Shown piece after piece: positions 12,389 to 25,300 of a stretch of DNA of 64,000 bases. Below the pieces are notes generated by a model, which ran no database searches, was not told the DNA's origin, and was given only the letters and a program-made list of their open reading frames with translations. Within the stretch, counting starts at the first letter, position 1. Each line of letters starts with the position of its first letter. The DNA lies in assembly GCF_000743755.1 (NCBI RefSeq), contig NW_014569528.1, positions 1-64,000 of the forward strand, written 5' to 3'. The DNA is from Blastocystis sp. subtype 4. Taxonomy: Eukaryota. The position numbers were made by a program, and so were the translations under genes.

Positions 12389-14051
12389 TCATTGCAAATC
12401 ACTATAAACATTAGCTGCTGCCGTAATCCAGCCACAACTCACAAAGAAATCATATTGTTGCTGCTTTCTCTCTACATCAATTGTAATCTTCTTGCCCGGA
12501 TCCTCTCGAGAAACAAACCCATTTCTACATCTCACTCATCATTCCAATCATACTTGCAACATTCTTGAACAATATTTGTCTTGATTGCCAGATAATGACG
12601 AGGTACCATATGCATCAACTATTCATCATTCCTTGCACTCATCTCTCTACTCCACACAGTCGCTTCTCTTCTGGTGTTAACAACTCTGCTCCATCCATTC
12701 GATTCACATTCAACATTCCTCCACTAGCATTCAAAACTCTCATTCTTCCTCACTTGTCCTCTCTGAAATGATCACGTTGAGCTGGATCTAATTCTGCCAA
12801 TTCCGCTTCTTCTAACGTACGAACACCATTTCGACGCAATTTCTGCAATTCCATAATTCGCTCTCTCAATCTAGCTTCCTTGATCAGACCCTGCAGCAAA
12901 TTATCGTATTCTGCTGGAGTCAAGAAACGAGCAAAGGGCTTTAAACGGTTATTAATATCTTGTTCTTCCTATGTGTCAAAATCAGGCTGATTTTTGCACT
13001 TTTGACATTTTTCGTTCTTCACTAAGAATGGAACGTAAATCCAGCAGATTCCGCTCAAGTACAAATTGTTTGCGTTTATTGCGTTCTGCCAGTCTCCCTA
13101 CAAATAAGGATCTTCTTTAGACCTGACGATTAAAAGCCCGAATCAGACACATCTTCAATTCCTTCTCTTTTTCGTCTTCGTCTCCCAGAATCTCAACATC
13201 CTTTAGCATCACTTCAGCATCATTGTCATATTCCACATCATAGTCATTTCGAAGAGCGTTGTATCCATTGATATCACTTCCGGGACCTGTGTACCTACAA
13301 TAAATTTTTTCCACAATACTAACGGAGGAACAGGTTCATCAACTAAATCCCCAGGGAAGGTATCGACTTGCACTTTCGCTGGATCTGGGATTTTGGATTC
13401 ATTCGATAAGTATGCTTGGGTGTAGTGATGAACACAATGTTGCTCCGATTTTGTACCCACATAATGGCTAATTTCTCTAGAGGTCAAGATCAATTCCATT
13501 TCCCACTCCCAATTTCCAAAGCGGAATACCTGCATACCTTCCATCAGGCGCAGTTCCTCCTCAGCTGACCATCCTTCGACATACAGTGTCATCTTTCTAC
13601 AAATGAAAGAATCAAACTAGATTAACCCTAAATTCTCACAAACTCGATATCCGTGAGTCCAACGATGTTCACCTTTCTCACAACGTTTCATAAGACAGTC
13701 ACTGCACATGTAAAAGTTTTCACATTCGGCACATTGAAAGCATAACGACTGGGTAATACTCTAGACCTAAAACGACAGAAAATGGGCAACTTTGTTACAG
13801 AAGGCACAGTACATGAAAACATTCAATCGGTTCAATGGAAAGTATGGAATCTCTTCAACTACGGGTAATGAAAGGAATCTGAGAGAACTTGGATACGCAG
13901 CAGGTTTCTGTACTTCTGTATTGACTCCAGTCGCTGGAGACTCCTCTTCCATTGTATTGGGAACATTATCAATCACAATGGTAGGCAACTCTGGATGTCC
14001 ACCGATTCTATCAATGAACACGGAAAGTGAGAACTACTCTTCGAGTTCCAT
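12389..14051 (-). CDS. ADA2: Transcriptional adaptor ADA2 (ZZ finger, SANT, SWIRM)
   Basis: YCAFC..CFQCAECENFYMCSDC..HRWTHGY ZZ; WSAEEELRLMEGMQVFRFGNW SANT; GYNALRNDYDVEYDNDAE; C-terminal IDV....YDFFVSCGWI SWIRM. Confidence 0.93.
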
Positions 14052-14109
14052 CACCCTCAATAAGAAATACTTGAAAACAAACAATGAATGAGCTGTTTCT
14101 TTCGGTTAT

Positions 14110-15313
14110 TCCTTCTTATATGCAGGTGTATACTGAATCTATGTAAGCAGTAATCCGATATAATCAAGTCTATTTGCATGCCAGATCCTATTATACCATC
14201 TGTATCCTTATCGGTAGCATTACACTTTAATGGGTTATATTCCAAGTAGCAATTCTGTCTTGTGAATCATAGACTGTAGTTTATGTTTTGGCTGTACTAT
14301 ACAAGTACAGCCAAAGAACTTTAGGCTTATTTCTGTTCTGTGGTCCGTAAAAGAATGTGTAAACTCTTCAAGAGAGCATTCTGCATTTTTCCTCCTCAAC
14401 TAACTAATCGCTCCAAGGCATCAGAAGAAACAACGATGTGTGAAAAAAACTTCTATGGTACCTCTCAGGTCGTTGTTCAGTGGTCTTGGATAATGATGTA
14501 GAAGATAACACTACTGTTTCTATAATGCAAACATGAATTAGACGGCACTCGACAAAATAGTCTGAACTTTCGAAAGGAGATCAACGTAATGGGGATCGGA
14601 ACGGATTTTCATGATTGCAACTCGAAGTTCATCAGTATTCGCAATTACCAATCTTGGTGGTATAGCTGTTGATGTGCTTTCCGATATCTCTTCCACTGAG
14701 GGTGGAAAGGGAGGTAACTCATTAAGTGGAGATGGAAGTACTTTAGGGAGATCAAGATCTGTCTGGAAAAATACATTGTAGTTATACTGTTTCAAAAGCG
14801 TAACACAGTCACATGCTTCTGTAACAGTATGGAAATTGACAATAAAGAGCTGTTGTACCTATTCCGATCAAAATAGATATGCAATAGAACTGGGGCAACT
14901 TGAAGGAATCCGAGCTTCTTGTTAGAGGCACTCAATTCGATGTTCCAGCGTTCTCGTTGCTCATCTAATGAATAGGCTATTAATTCAGATACATAGAATC
15001 CGTTTCTACACTAAAAGCCAAGTCGCTGTAATACAATGGTCTTGCTGAGTTCACGGTTATCTGTTTCTGCAAAATACAGAAGCAGATTTTTGCTTTCTGA
15101 GTACAAAGCCAGTTGTACTTCCATCTTTAGAGTTTCACATTTTCCGCTTTTTCCACTCCGCGTATACGAAACAGGCCAGATATAGCCGTTGTTCATTCTG
15201 GGTTTGCCTAATTTCAAAGGCGAAGATTTGTCAAGTAGACTTTCTATGGCATCTAGTTCTTTTGCAGATCCAAACTCTAGGGTCGCCTTCTTTAATTCTC
15301 CAAGGTTTTCCAT
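14110..15313 (-). CDS. Hypothetical protein, multi-exon (boundaries approximate)
   Basis: ORFs 15011-15313 and 14538-14795 separated by intron-sized gaps; TGTTTGTT at 14076-14083. Confidence 0.45.
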
Positions 15314-15657
15314 GGTTGAGGAACTCTCCTATGGTAATTTTGGAATCTTACTGAATTCTCTTTTCAGCGTTCCATGTATTCTAAGAGTACTTAGGCTTGT
15401 TATAGTGTTTATTTTCACCTTTGTGTTTGGATCAAGTTTTCCAGTTATCTTCTTTCAGTATCGGGTCATGTTGTCATTTGTTGTGAAATTAGGGTACAAT
15501 TATTAACAAAGAACAATAAGGGACATTAACGAAACTTTAAAAAGTACAATAGGGGCAAGATAACTAATCATTAATACGAATATAGGACAGTTTGACAGGG
15601 TTTTGAATTGAATGGTTCATAATTAGGTCATCACTTTTTAGTTTGTTTGAACTTAAA

Positions 15658-18482
15658 ATGGACGGAGTGGTTCGCGATGAACAAAGTAAGTACTGTAAAA
15701 TGATATTTTTGGGTTTCCTTTGCATTACCGTTACTATAGTGGCCTCGCTTTCCCATGTCGATGAAGACGAGCACTTAACGAATGAAGGGGACATGGAAAA
15801 CTCAAAGAACCACTCACTGGAACAAGAAGCAGATAACCGACTTCTTTCGCAGTCCATGAACGGCCAGAACTTTGGAAGTGCAATTCAGATTCCAGTCATG
15901 ATCCCAATCACTCCAGGGGGGAGTCGTACTGATTTGATATCAACGCAATTACCAGGGATGGTTTCACAATCCATTCGTGGATCTTTTTATCCACCTCAGA
16001 TGGTGAATTCTTATGCCTATCAAGGAGGAAATACTCTGGCCTACAATACGGATTTAGCAAATGGGACGGGGTCTTTATCTATTACCCCTTCAGCACCCAT
16101 CCAGCCAATGACTCAAGTAGAATTTTCTGTTGTTGACTAGTATAGGGAACAACGATTCCAATTCAGGGTTTCAGTACTCAGGATATCCATATCCATCAAC
16201 TAGAACAAGAAAATGTAGGCCGTTTTCTAGATTCATGAATTGTAGCCCCATATTGTAACAGGATATTATGTGAGCGGTTACTATTTGAAGCCTACAGAAG
16301 AGATTTCACTAACGGATGCTCTAATGTCGATTGACGCTGATAATGCTCAGTAAGCGATGTCCATTCAGCCTTATACAGAGTATCCCAGACTTCTGTAATC
16401 AAGTTACTTCAAGAAGTGTTTAACGATGCTGAACGTTCGGGGATTATGAAGGACGAAACGATTCTTCACCAGAATCTTCATTTGTTTTTGCAACATCATC
16501 AAGACATCTTTGTACGCAATATTATTTTTTCGCAAGATCCGAAAGAGGGGAAGAAGATCATTGATTTCAATACTCTTTCTACTCTCTATTATCAGATTTA
16601 CAATACTCCAGACACTTCTGTCGAAAAGAATCTCTCAAAGAAGAGACGTATTTCATCAAGAGAATTAACATGGGTTCCTTCGGCTTCCCCAGCTCCTGCT
16701 TATGCAGAGTCATTCCCATCGGTGGGTAAATCCTCCCGCAATGCACGTCCAGGAAAGCCAACTGTTCTTACACTGGATGAAGAAGCGATTCTGGCTAATT
16801 TCATTTTGCAGTTGGAGGAGAAACAAATTCGACTTCCGCGGGACGATGTACGAAAATTAGTGATGGGCATGTTAGCAACATTGGGTCGTCCACATCCTTT
16901 CAAGCAAGATGGACCTCATCGTCACTGGTTCAAGGGTTTCTACAAGCGAAATCCATTGATTCTTCAAACTCGTTCATCATCATCTCCTGTTCCCCGTGAA
17001 CAATTGAAAGAGAATCAAATCCAACAGTTTTTGGATGAATTGAAGCGATTAGATTATCTCAAAGCTATTCCTTATGCTGCTCATAATCTTCACTTAGCTG
17101 TATTGGATGAGAATGGATATCGCTTTAGCATCAACCAAGATTTGAGTGTTACTCCACCTCCCATGACAAATTACATTCAACAAACCATTTCTACTACTGC
17201 TATTCCTCCTTCCGTTTCAACTCTTTCTGAACCCACAATCAAAGAAGAGAAATCTCAAAAGCAACAGTGGACCTCAGAACAGCTTGTTTGGGCAGTTGAG
17301 CAAGTGAATCACAATCTAATGAGTATGAAGGATGCAGCAGAGCGAACTGGTATTCCTATAGCCACTATTCGCAATCATTGTCGGAATCCTAATATGGGAG
17401 CTCGACGAGGACCTCCGACTGTTCTCACTGAACTCGAGGAGTTGGCTCTAGAACGTTTTCTATTGAAATTGGATGATTGTGGCTTTAAGGCAAACAGGGA
17501 AGAATTAGCCAAGTTAGTCATGCAGCTAGTGAGTCGAGATAAGCGACAACATCCGTTTAAGGAGGATGGACCTCATCGTCATTGGTTTCAGGTAGTTCTT
17601 GTTAGATTTAATAATTACTAGGGGTTCTATCGTCGTCATAAGCTACTCTGTGCACGAAAACGAGCATCAAGCAGCACGCTGTCTCGACAGGAGGCTCCTC
17701 CTGAACTAATGAATCGATTCTTTGATGAATTGAGTGAGTTGAAATTGCAACAGGGGGATATTTCAGACCTACGAGGGAAGAAGTCAAAGCGTCATCCAGT
17801 ATCAAATACCCCTGTTCAAGATGGACAGAACGATATCCCAATGGATACTATCAATACATTGGATCCAACAGGAGTACCTCATCCCCATCAAACTGACATG
17901 TTAACAACTCTTCCTGTGAACCAAACACCACTACCTGTAAACTCCGCACCTCTTCCTGAAAATCAAACACCTATCTCTGGGAACCCATCATCTCTTTCTG
18001 TGAATCAAGCTCTTATGAATGGTCCGAATTTTGACACAGAGCCATCAACTCAAAAGAAAGGAGGAAGACCAAAATTACCTCTGTTTTCTGTCCGACCTTC
18101 TCGTCAAAAAACAAGGGTTGCCAAAGTTATGGAATTTATTCGAAGTTTTGCGCTAAAGAACCATGAGAATGTAGATGACGTATTGTGGACACTTCTTATC
18201 CTAAGGGTGAAAGGGAGTGGGAATATGGATATTAGCAATGAATTAACTAAACTGTATAAACATTGGAATGTCTATGTTTCGAATGCTTGTTTTGACTCAG
18301 GTCGATCTAATCAAATTTCTGGCCTGATGTCCATAATGCCACCTATGCAACAGAATGTGCCCGTTAGTAATAACCAGACAATTGATGTGGATTTAGGGGG
18401 AAATGATCAGTTATATCAAATGCGCATGGCTATGGACAATGCGATGTTAGTTCCGACTGATCAAAGCGAGATTACAGTGTAG
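15658..18482 (+). CDS. DNA-binding protein with duplicated pogo/CENP-B-type HTH modules and no DDE domain
   Basis: WTSEQLVWAVEQV..MSMKDAAERTGIPIATIRNH (psq HTH), then GPPTVLTELEELAL...HPFKEDGPHRHWFQGFYRRH; second copy GKPTVLTLDEEAIL...HPFKQDGPHRHWFKGFYKRN; TAG then TGTTTGTT at 18489-18496; start codon uncertain (15658 or 15793). Confidence 0.75.
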
Positions 18483-18559
18483 GACAACTGTTTGTTGAAT
18501 TGATTTGAAGAAACAGCATAACCAAGACTAGGTTACTAATAATAGTAGTTGTATATTAT

Positions 18560-19464
18560 TTGTTTACTCAATGCTATAAGTCTACAAGACTGAAAGGTAT
18601 GGATTATAATAGTATCTGTACAGTATCAACACCAAATCACGTGACAATAGAAAGTGGAAATCTGGAACATAAATAGAAATACACCTATATCCATAATAAA
18701 TAAAATGCAAAGGAAAAGTACAATTTGTTAAGTATCGTTACTGTACCAATATCCATTCTTCCTCTTTTTGCCACAACCCTAATAGTACAACATTTACACT
18801 CTATTTGATCCTTCCCTTAGATCTTCACACTGAGACAGGAAGAAGACTACAACGAAAGGTAACAAAGAAACAATGGAGTTAGATGGCAGAATTCATCAAC
18901 AAGAAAGATGTATACAATTCAAATACAAAGAATGCAGATAAAAATGGGAATCCTAGGGAAACAATCTGAAAAGGAACAAGGGTAAGAAGAATATGTTTGC
19001 CACTATCATTTTCCAACTTATAAAACAGAATGCCTTTTACCAAGATAATACTACTGATACAGGACAATGCAGAAGTAATCAGGGCTCAAAGAACCCACAC
19101 AAAACAGATAGGGTTAGTAAAAATGGGTTCAAATACGGGATCAAAAAGGCTACACAAAGCCGTATTGCCAACTCATAACATGATAAACCAGAAATGAAAG
19201 GTCATTACAAAAGAAGAGTATGGAATCAAAATAGACTTGAATAATTTCAACAGGACTCGATATGACAAATCCACTTTATGAGGTAATATTTCTTTGAAAG
19301 GATGAATGGTCATGGAGATAAGGAACCCACGGGAAACGTACCAATATAGTGTAAGAAAAAGAATACCATTTCTGGATAATGATGGAACTAGTATGCTTCT
19401 AGAAGAAAGTGATGATACTCATTGTGTATGAGTACAAAAGGAGATAATAAAGGTAGGATAACAT
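18560..19464 (-). CDS. Possible polytopic membrane protein, tentative multi-exon model
   Basis: Hydrophobic frames (MLSYLYYLL/SILVPSLSRNGILFLTLYW...; ORF 18879-19067) joinable by intron-sized gaps; 3' end unresolved. Confidence 0.3.
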
Positions 19465-19540
19465 GTTGACTATCAAGGGGTTGGTTGCATAATGTTGTGA
19501 TTATCATTGTCCATGAATAATGAACAAAAAGAATGAATCG

Positions 19541-21512
19541 TTAATAGATAGAACAACAAGTATTAGAATTACTCTGACTGAACTGTCGAATGACCTGATC
19601 AAGAGAATCAGCATCTCAATCATTATCAAGAAGGCAAGCATACTTGAACTATTCAATTCTATCACATTACTGAATAAACTGTGTCCGATCTGAATTCCAT
19701 TTGAAGTGAGTGATGGGATGTCTAATTCAAATTCAATCATAATAATCACTATCCAATATCACTTTACCTATCCAACAGAAATTGTCGCCATTTCCTTTGA
19801 ATGTAGATAGAGAAGGGAGATCTCATCAATCAATCATCATCATTCATACTCTTCATTATCAATTCATTCACTTCTTTATTCTTAAGATTACTACATAGAG
19901 CTGCATATCCAAGAATGATGGATTGAAGTCGAGTCAGATCTCATTCATCATTCATTCAATCAGTCATACTTTCAAATACTATTGAATGGCACCTATGGAA
20001 TGCACCATCATCCAATTGAATGGATATGAGAGAAGGAAGATTCTTCAATTCGAATGATTCATACCAATAGAATGATTGAAAACCAATGTGGATTTCTCTT
20101 AACTGATCACAATTCATTATCAAACATTTGCTTCCTTCTCTAATCTCCTCACTGAGTTCGAAGCTATTATTACCAATAATGATACTTTTCAAGTCATTCA
20201 ATCCATCAATCACAAATCGATTCACTTTCTTAAAACAACCATCTCCAATCTCAAGTCTCTCAATCTCTTTTAAGCAGTTAGTATCAAATACACCCAAATC
20301 ATTTCCATAACCTTCTTCAAAGCGCTTGATTACATCGTATTCACCTTCTATCCATCTTCCACTTCTCATCACTTCTCCATTCTCATTCAATTCCTTTCCG
20401 TTTCCATCTCTCATTCCATTCTTCCATCCTCCAATATACACAGGATTCAATCCTTTGAATTCACTTCCATATCCTTCTCTCTTTCCATTCTTCCATCCAC
20501 CTACATACAATGCATTCTCTCCATCAATTCCAAACTCAGTTCCTTTCCCTTTTCGAACAAATCCTCTCATCATATCTCCTTCAAATCCTCCTTCATATAC
20601 TCTCATTCCATTATCATCATATTCAATCATCAAACCTCCTTTCCATTCTCTCAATACTCTCATCATTACTCCATTCTTGTATTCACATTCTCTTGCCAAT
20701 CTTCCTCCTTCATACTCAAAACACTTACCATTCTTCAATAATCCACATTCATCATATTCGCTCACACTCAACAATTCTCTCTTCTCATTCAACTCTTTGA
20801 AGAATCCTTTCATTTTTTCCATTTCAGGATGAATCCCAAATCCATTCACCATATCTCCAAACCACACTCCTTCATACACCTTCTCTTCATTATCATCAAA
20901 CAATCTCATTAATCCATCATCAGTGAATTCTCGAATCACTCTCTTCTTCATTCCATTCTCATATACACATTCTCTCTTTATCTTTCCTCCTTCATACTCA
21001 AAACACCTACCATTCTTCAATAATCCATCTTCATTATACTCACTTACACTCAACAATTCTCCATTCACACTCATCTCTGAATAGAATCCTTTCATTCCTC
21101 TTTGTTCCTTCAATCTCAAGTATCGCTTTCCATTTCGATAGAATCCTCTCCATATTTCATTTCCACCGTTATCATATTCTATCCACATTCCAACTTCTTT
21201 TCCTTTTGATACTCTTCCTCTTAATACTATGTTACCATATTCATTCTTCTTTATCACTTCTCCTTCACATTCATCATTCACAAACATCACTTGCATGAAT
21301 AATGTTCCATTCTCTCTCGCAACCAAACCAACCCCTTCTTTTTTTCCTTCTTTTATTTCTACTCTCAACTCATATTCTTCATTATCAATTAATACTCTTA
21401 TTATTGCTTCTCCACTCAATCCACTACCACTCTTCATTTCAACACTCTTTATCTCATAATCACCAAGGAATTCAAGGCATGAACTCCAATTTATAACACT
21501 GATGTTGCTCAT
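19541..21512 (-). CDS. MORN-like repeat plus C-terminal LRR protein
   Basis: YEGGFEG/YVGGWKNGKREGYG/YIGGWKNGMRDGNG MORN repeats; LEIGDGCF..LKSIIIGNNSF..NLPSLISIQL LRRs; four short introns extend the LRR region to TAA 19541-19543. Confidence 0.8.
20640..21095 (-). repeat. Internal duplication (period ~290 bp) within the MORN-LRR gene
   Basis: KGFYSEMSVNGELLSVSEYNEDGLLKNGRCFEYEGG vs KGFFKELNEKRELLSVSEYDECGLLKNGKCFEYEGG. Confidence 0.8.
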
Positions 21513-21675
21513 ATTAGTTAAAGAAACAATGACCGAAGCAATTAATGAATACATAATTACTTATCCTATTGGATTCTATTTCACGTCTATTCACTATCAG
21601 TCATACCAAGCTGCTATTTGAAAAGACTGCTTGTTCATTATAATGATGAACTCTACTTTTCATTCATATCTTATT

Positions 21676-21683
21676 AACAAACA
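21676..21683 (-). terminator. TGTTTGTT polyadenylation element, AHA1-like gene
   Basis: TTT GAG TA|TAAT|TGTTTGTT. Confidence 0.85.
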
Positions 21684-21687
21684 ATTA

Positions 21688-22194
21688 TACTCAAATTCGT
21701 CTTCTGTCTGGAAGGTATAACCCAGCATCATACTAATCTTTCGGAATATCATATCGATCCAGCCTTTCTCTACACTTTCTGCAACACCAATGTTATTATA
21801 ACGGTCACTTTTGGGTATTCCCGTCTGATGCACATGTATTTCCGTAACTGCACTATCAATACTTGTAAATTGAAGAGTAACAGAAGAATACACATTATCA
21901 TCCCACTCTCTGCGTCTCCACTTTAACTCAATAACATTATCCGTCTTTGAATTAGCTGTTATCATAAATACCATACTAATGACACAAATTCACCTTGAAT
22001 AGAATTGTTGTATAGATTATATCTTCCTCCCACTTTTGGCTCAATCAAACATTCTGATTGGGTGTAGTACTAATGAATAATATGATATGAATCATACAGA
22101 CCTGAGCAGCATTGACATCGGTTAAGGCCTCTCGAATCACATTTGTAGGCACAAGAAACCGAACAGAAATATCAATTTCCGTTGTAGATACCAT
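21688..22194 (-). CDS. Activator of Hsp90 ATPase C-terminal (AHSA1/SRPBCC) domain protein
   Basis: EPKVGGRYNLYNNSIQG, IELKWRRREW, TEIHVHQTGIP, VEKGWIDMIFRKISMMLGY; stop predicted from TA 21689-21688 + poly(A). Confidence 0.8.
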
Positions 22195-22321
22195 ATTCCA
22201 AGAAAAAATGGGATAGAACATTCGATTCGAAAGTGATCCCTTGGAACTCTGCCAACTTCCTATTATAATACACCTTTTCCAACACCTTCCATTCCTTCCA
22301 ACAAACACAACACCAAACCAC

Positions 22322-25300
22322 TTACACACTCAATGGCTGAACAATATCGAATATACCTGTTCCAGCCTTAATAACCTTTCCTGTTGAGATGCAAGCTGAA
22401 GGAGACTTCATCGAATCCGACCCTCCATACAGAACAGCATTGTTCAAGAAGTGTGTCGTTGTCTCAAACGACATTTGTAGGAACGGACTTTCAATGTTTT
22501 CCATACCACCACGATTCATAGGACGATAAGATCCATCTTGTGTCATATAATCAGCAATTAGTGCCAGATGACGCGGATCTACGCTAATACTGTACACATC
22601 GAATACACGAATGATCTCCGTAATGATTGCTGTACGTGCTGCTTCCACTCCATATGTCTCCAGAATCTTCCATATGTCATTCGAATACACTCTGTTAACA
22701 TCAACCAGATGCTGGAACAGCCACACTGTAGGGAAGTTCACTCCTTCTGTCTGGAGGGTATATCCAGGGTCCTTTTCACCCTTCTCCATCACAATACATT
22801 TGTTGATCGCCTTGATGGCATTTACCAGTGTTTCTTCAGCCGCCTTCTCAGCAAGTTCTACTAGCAACAGCTTTGGTGTTGAAGGAGGCAATTCCAATTC
22901 CACACGAATCTTGTTGTTCTTTGCATCATATAACATGCGACGGAAAAATTTCAGTTTCATCACCTTGAACGGAACTTCCAGCACCGTAAAGCCCTCTGGG
23001 ATCTTCTCCGAAGAGGTCTCAGTTCCCATGGTTTGTTTAGCATCATTCTTGTCCTTCTCTTCCTCCATCGCATCCTCCTCTCGTTCTTGTCCTTCCTCTT
23101 TTTCCTCTTCCATCTCATTTCCCTTCGTCTCACCCTCACTCTCCTCTCCTTCATATTCAATACGTGCCTTCCTCACCTTTCTGGCATCTGCTCCATCCAC
23201 CTCTCCCAACTCTTCCTCAGCCTCTGCATCATCCTCACTATCCACTGTTCCTCGTACTTGCTTCTCTTCAGCCTTCTTCAGCTTCACACCACGCATGTTA
23301 CTCAGATCCTTGCCACCAATTACTCGCTCCACATCCAATCCCAAACTCGATGAACGCAATGCTTTCCGAATATCCTTCGAGATTAAAGATCCCAAGGCTG
23401 GCATAAACACATTCCTCAGTACATCCAATACATCTTCCATATTCAGATTGTAAACCTTCTTAATCACATCCGCTGGCAACAAATTCATATGCAATTCGTA
23501 TTTCCGAATATAAGGTGTATATTTCAGACCAAATGTCACATTCGTTAGGTAGTCCACCACACGGAAATAGCACTCAGGATCTAACAACTCACTCAGACTG
23601 ATACGATGTAATTTCTTCATTAAACGCTCTGCTGATTCTTTTGGAACCATAGGTACCAGTGGAATTTGCATCATAGGAGTTGCAATGGTTCGACTTCCTG
23701 TCATGATCACTTCTCGTAGACGAGGAATACCCAGAGTCACATTCACAGCTCCGTGACCTGCCAAATGGAACGTATTCAGTGTCATCTGAGTAGAAGGTTC
23801 TCCAATTGACTGACCTGCAATCACACCCACAGATTCGCCTGGATCTACTAGAGATCTCATATACTTCATCCAGAACAGCATCTCCAAACCACCACTTTCC
23901 ACTTCCTCAATCTCTCCGCTTTCCTCACGTTGTTTTCTGTATGCATCCAACGCCTCCTGGTATTTCTCATTCACAGCTCCAATATTACGACACACGTTCA
24001 ACTGCCAGTTCACAGGGTCTGGTAGGCGCAGACGGATCAGCTCCACTTCAATACCTTCCACGTTATCATAAATAGTACGAGGTACACGTCGTTCCTTCTT
24101 CTTCGTATCTTTGAATACCACATCATAACTAACACCATTCTTGTTATGCACCTTTGTGATTACAGCAGGATAGAACTGATCAGAAAGATTTCCAATCTCC
24201 CATTCTCCCTTGCCTACACGACGTCGAGCTTCCACAACCGAACTCTTGTCAAATTGAACTTCCTTGCCTTCAGCCAATAGCTTCTTACTCGCTTCCAGTT
24301 CTCTTCGTGCACATCGGACTTCTGCATGCAGTACAGCAGCACGTTCCGAACTGAGTCCAGTGTCTTTGAAAAATGATTCATTAAGTCCGTATTTATATAC
24401 CAACATACTGCTATTCTTGCTTAGGAAGTCCAGTTGTGCACGTTTACCAGTCAGATACTTCACCTTCGACACATCAATACCATCATCACCATACAGCGTC
24501 TGGATCACAGTTCCATCACTATTGCGAACTGAGTAATCGTACTGAACAGTTAGATCTTCCAAATGCTTAATGATACAATGCTGCAGATATCCTGAACGCG
24601 ATGTCTTCACAGCCGTATCCACTAGACCTTCTCGACCAGCCATACAGTGGAAGAAATACTCCTGAGGACGAATACCTGTCAAGAATCGATCAGATACCCA
24701 ACCACCAGCACGAGGCATTGGATCATATGGACGGAAAGATGGAAGAGTCTTTCCAGAAACCATCATTGGCACACGTCGACCTTCCAGTTCCTGTTGGCCT
24801 AGAGCACATGACACCTGCGTTTGGTTGACATTGGATCCCTTAGCTCCAGAGATAATCATACAAGAGAAGGAGTTATTGGGGAAGGGAACATACAAACCAT
24901 GAGGAAGACATACTTTAAAAATCTCCGAGGAGATGGGAGATACAATACTCTTCATCACATTATCAATCTCAGGTCCCACACGACCTCGACTATTGATATA
25001 GCGTCGACGTAATTCATCAGACACACGTTGACGACGATAAGAGAGAGATAACGGAGTAGTTGAACTCTTCTCACCATCCTTCTCACTTTCATTCTCTTCA
25101 TTCAAGTCCAAATAATGCTCCAGTCCCTCTACGGCCTTCTCTAAGGCTCCATCAATCAAAGCACGTCGCTTCTTCTCTGCATCCTCCACTAATACCAAAT
25201 CTTCCATCGAACAAGTGAATCCTCGTTTCTGGAAATAGGATGTCACAACACGACCAAAACATGACAAGAAAAGAGAACACAAGTCAACTCCATACAACTC

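Noticed and set aside
15658..18482. Active DNA transposon
   Set aside because: No DDE domain, TIRs or target-site duplication seen; the gene has host-type introns and a poly(A) motif
20326..20832. Pro/Phe/Ser-rich plus-strand ORF
   Set aside because: Antisense of the purine-rich MORN repeats
22611..23453. 280-aa Ser-rich plus-strand ORF
   Set aside because: Antisense shadow of the Glu-rich region of RPA1
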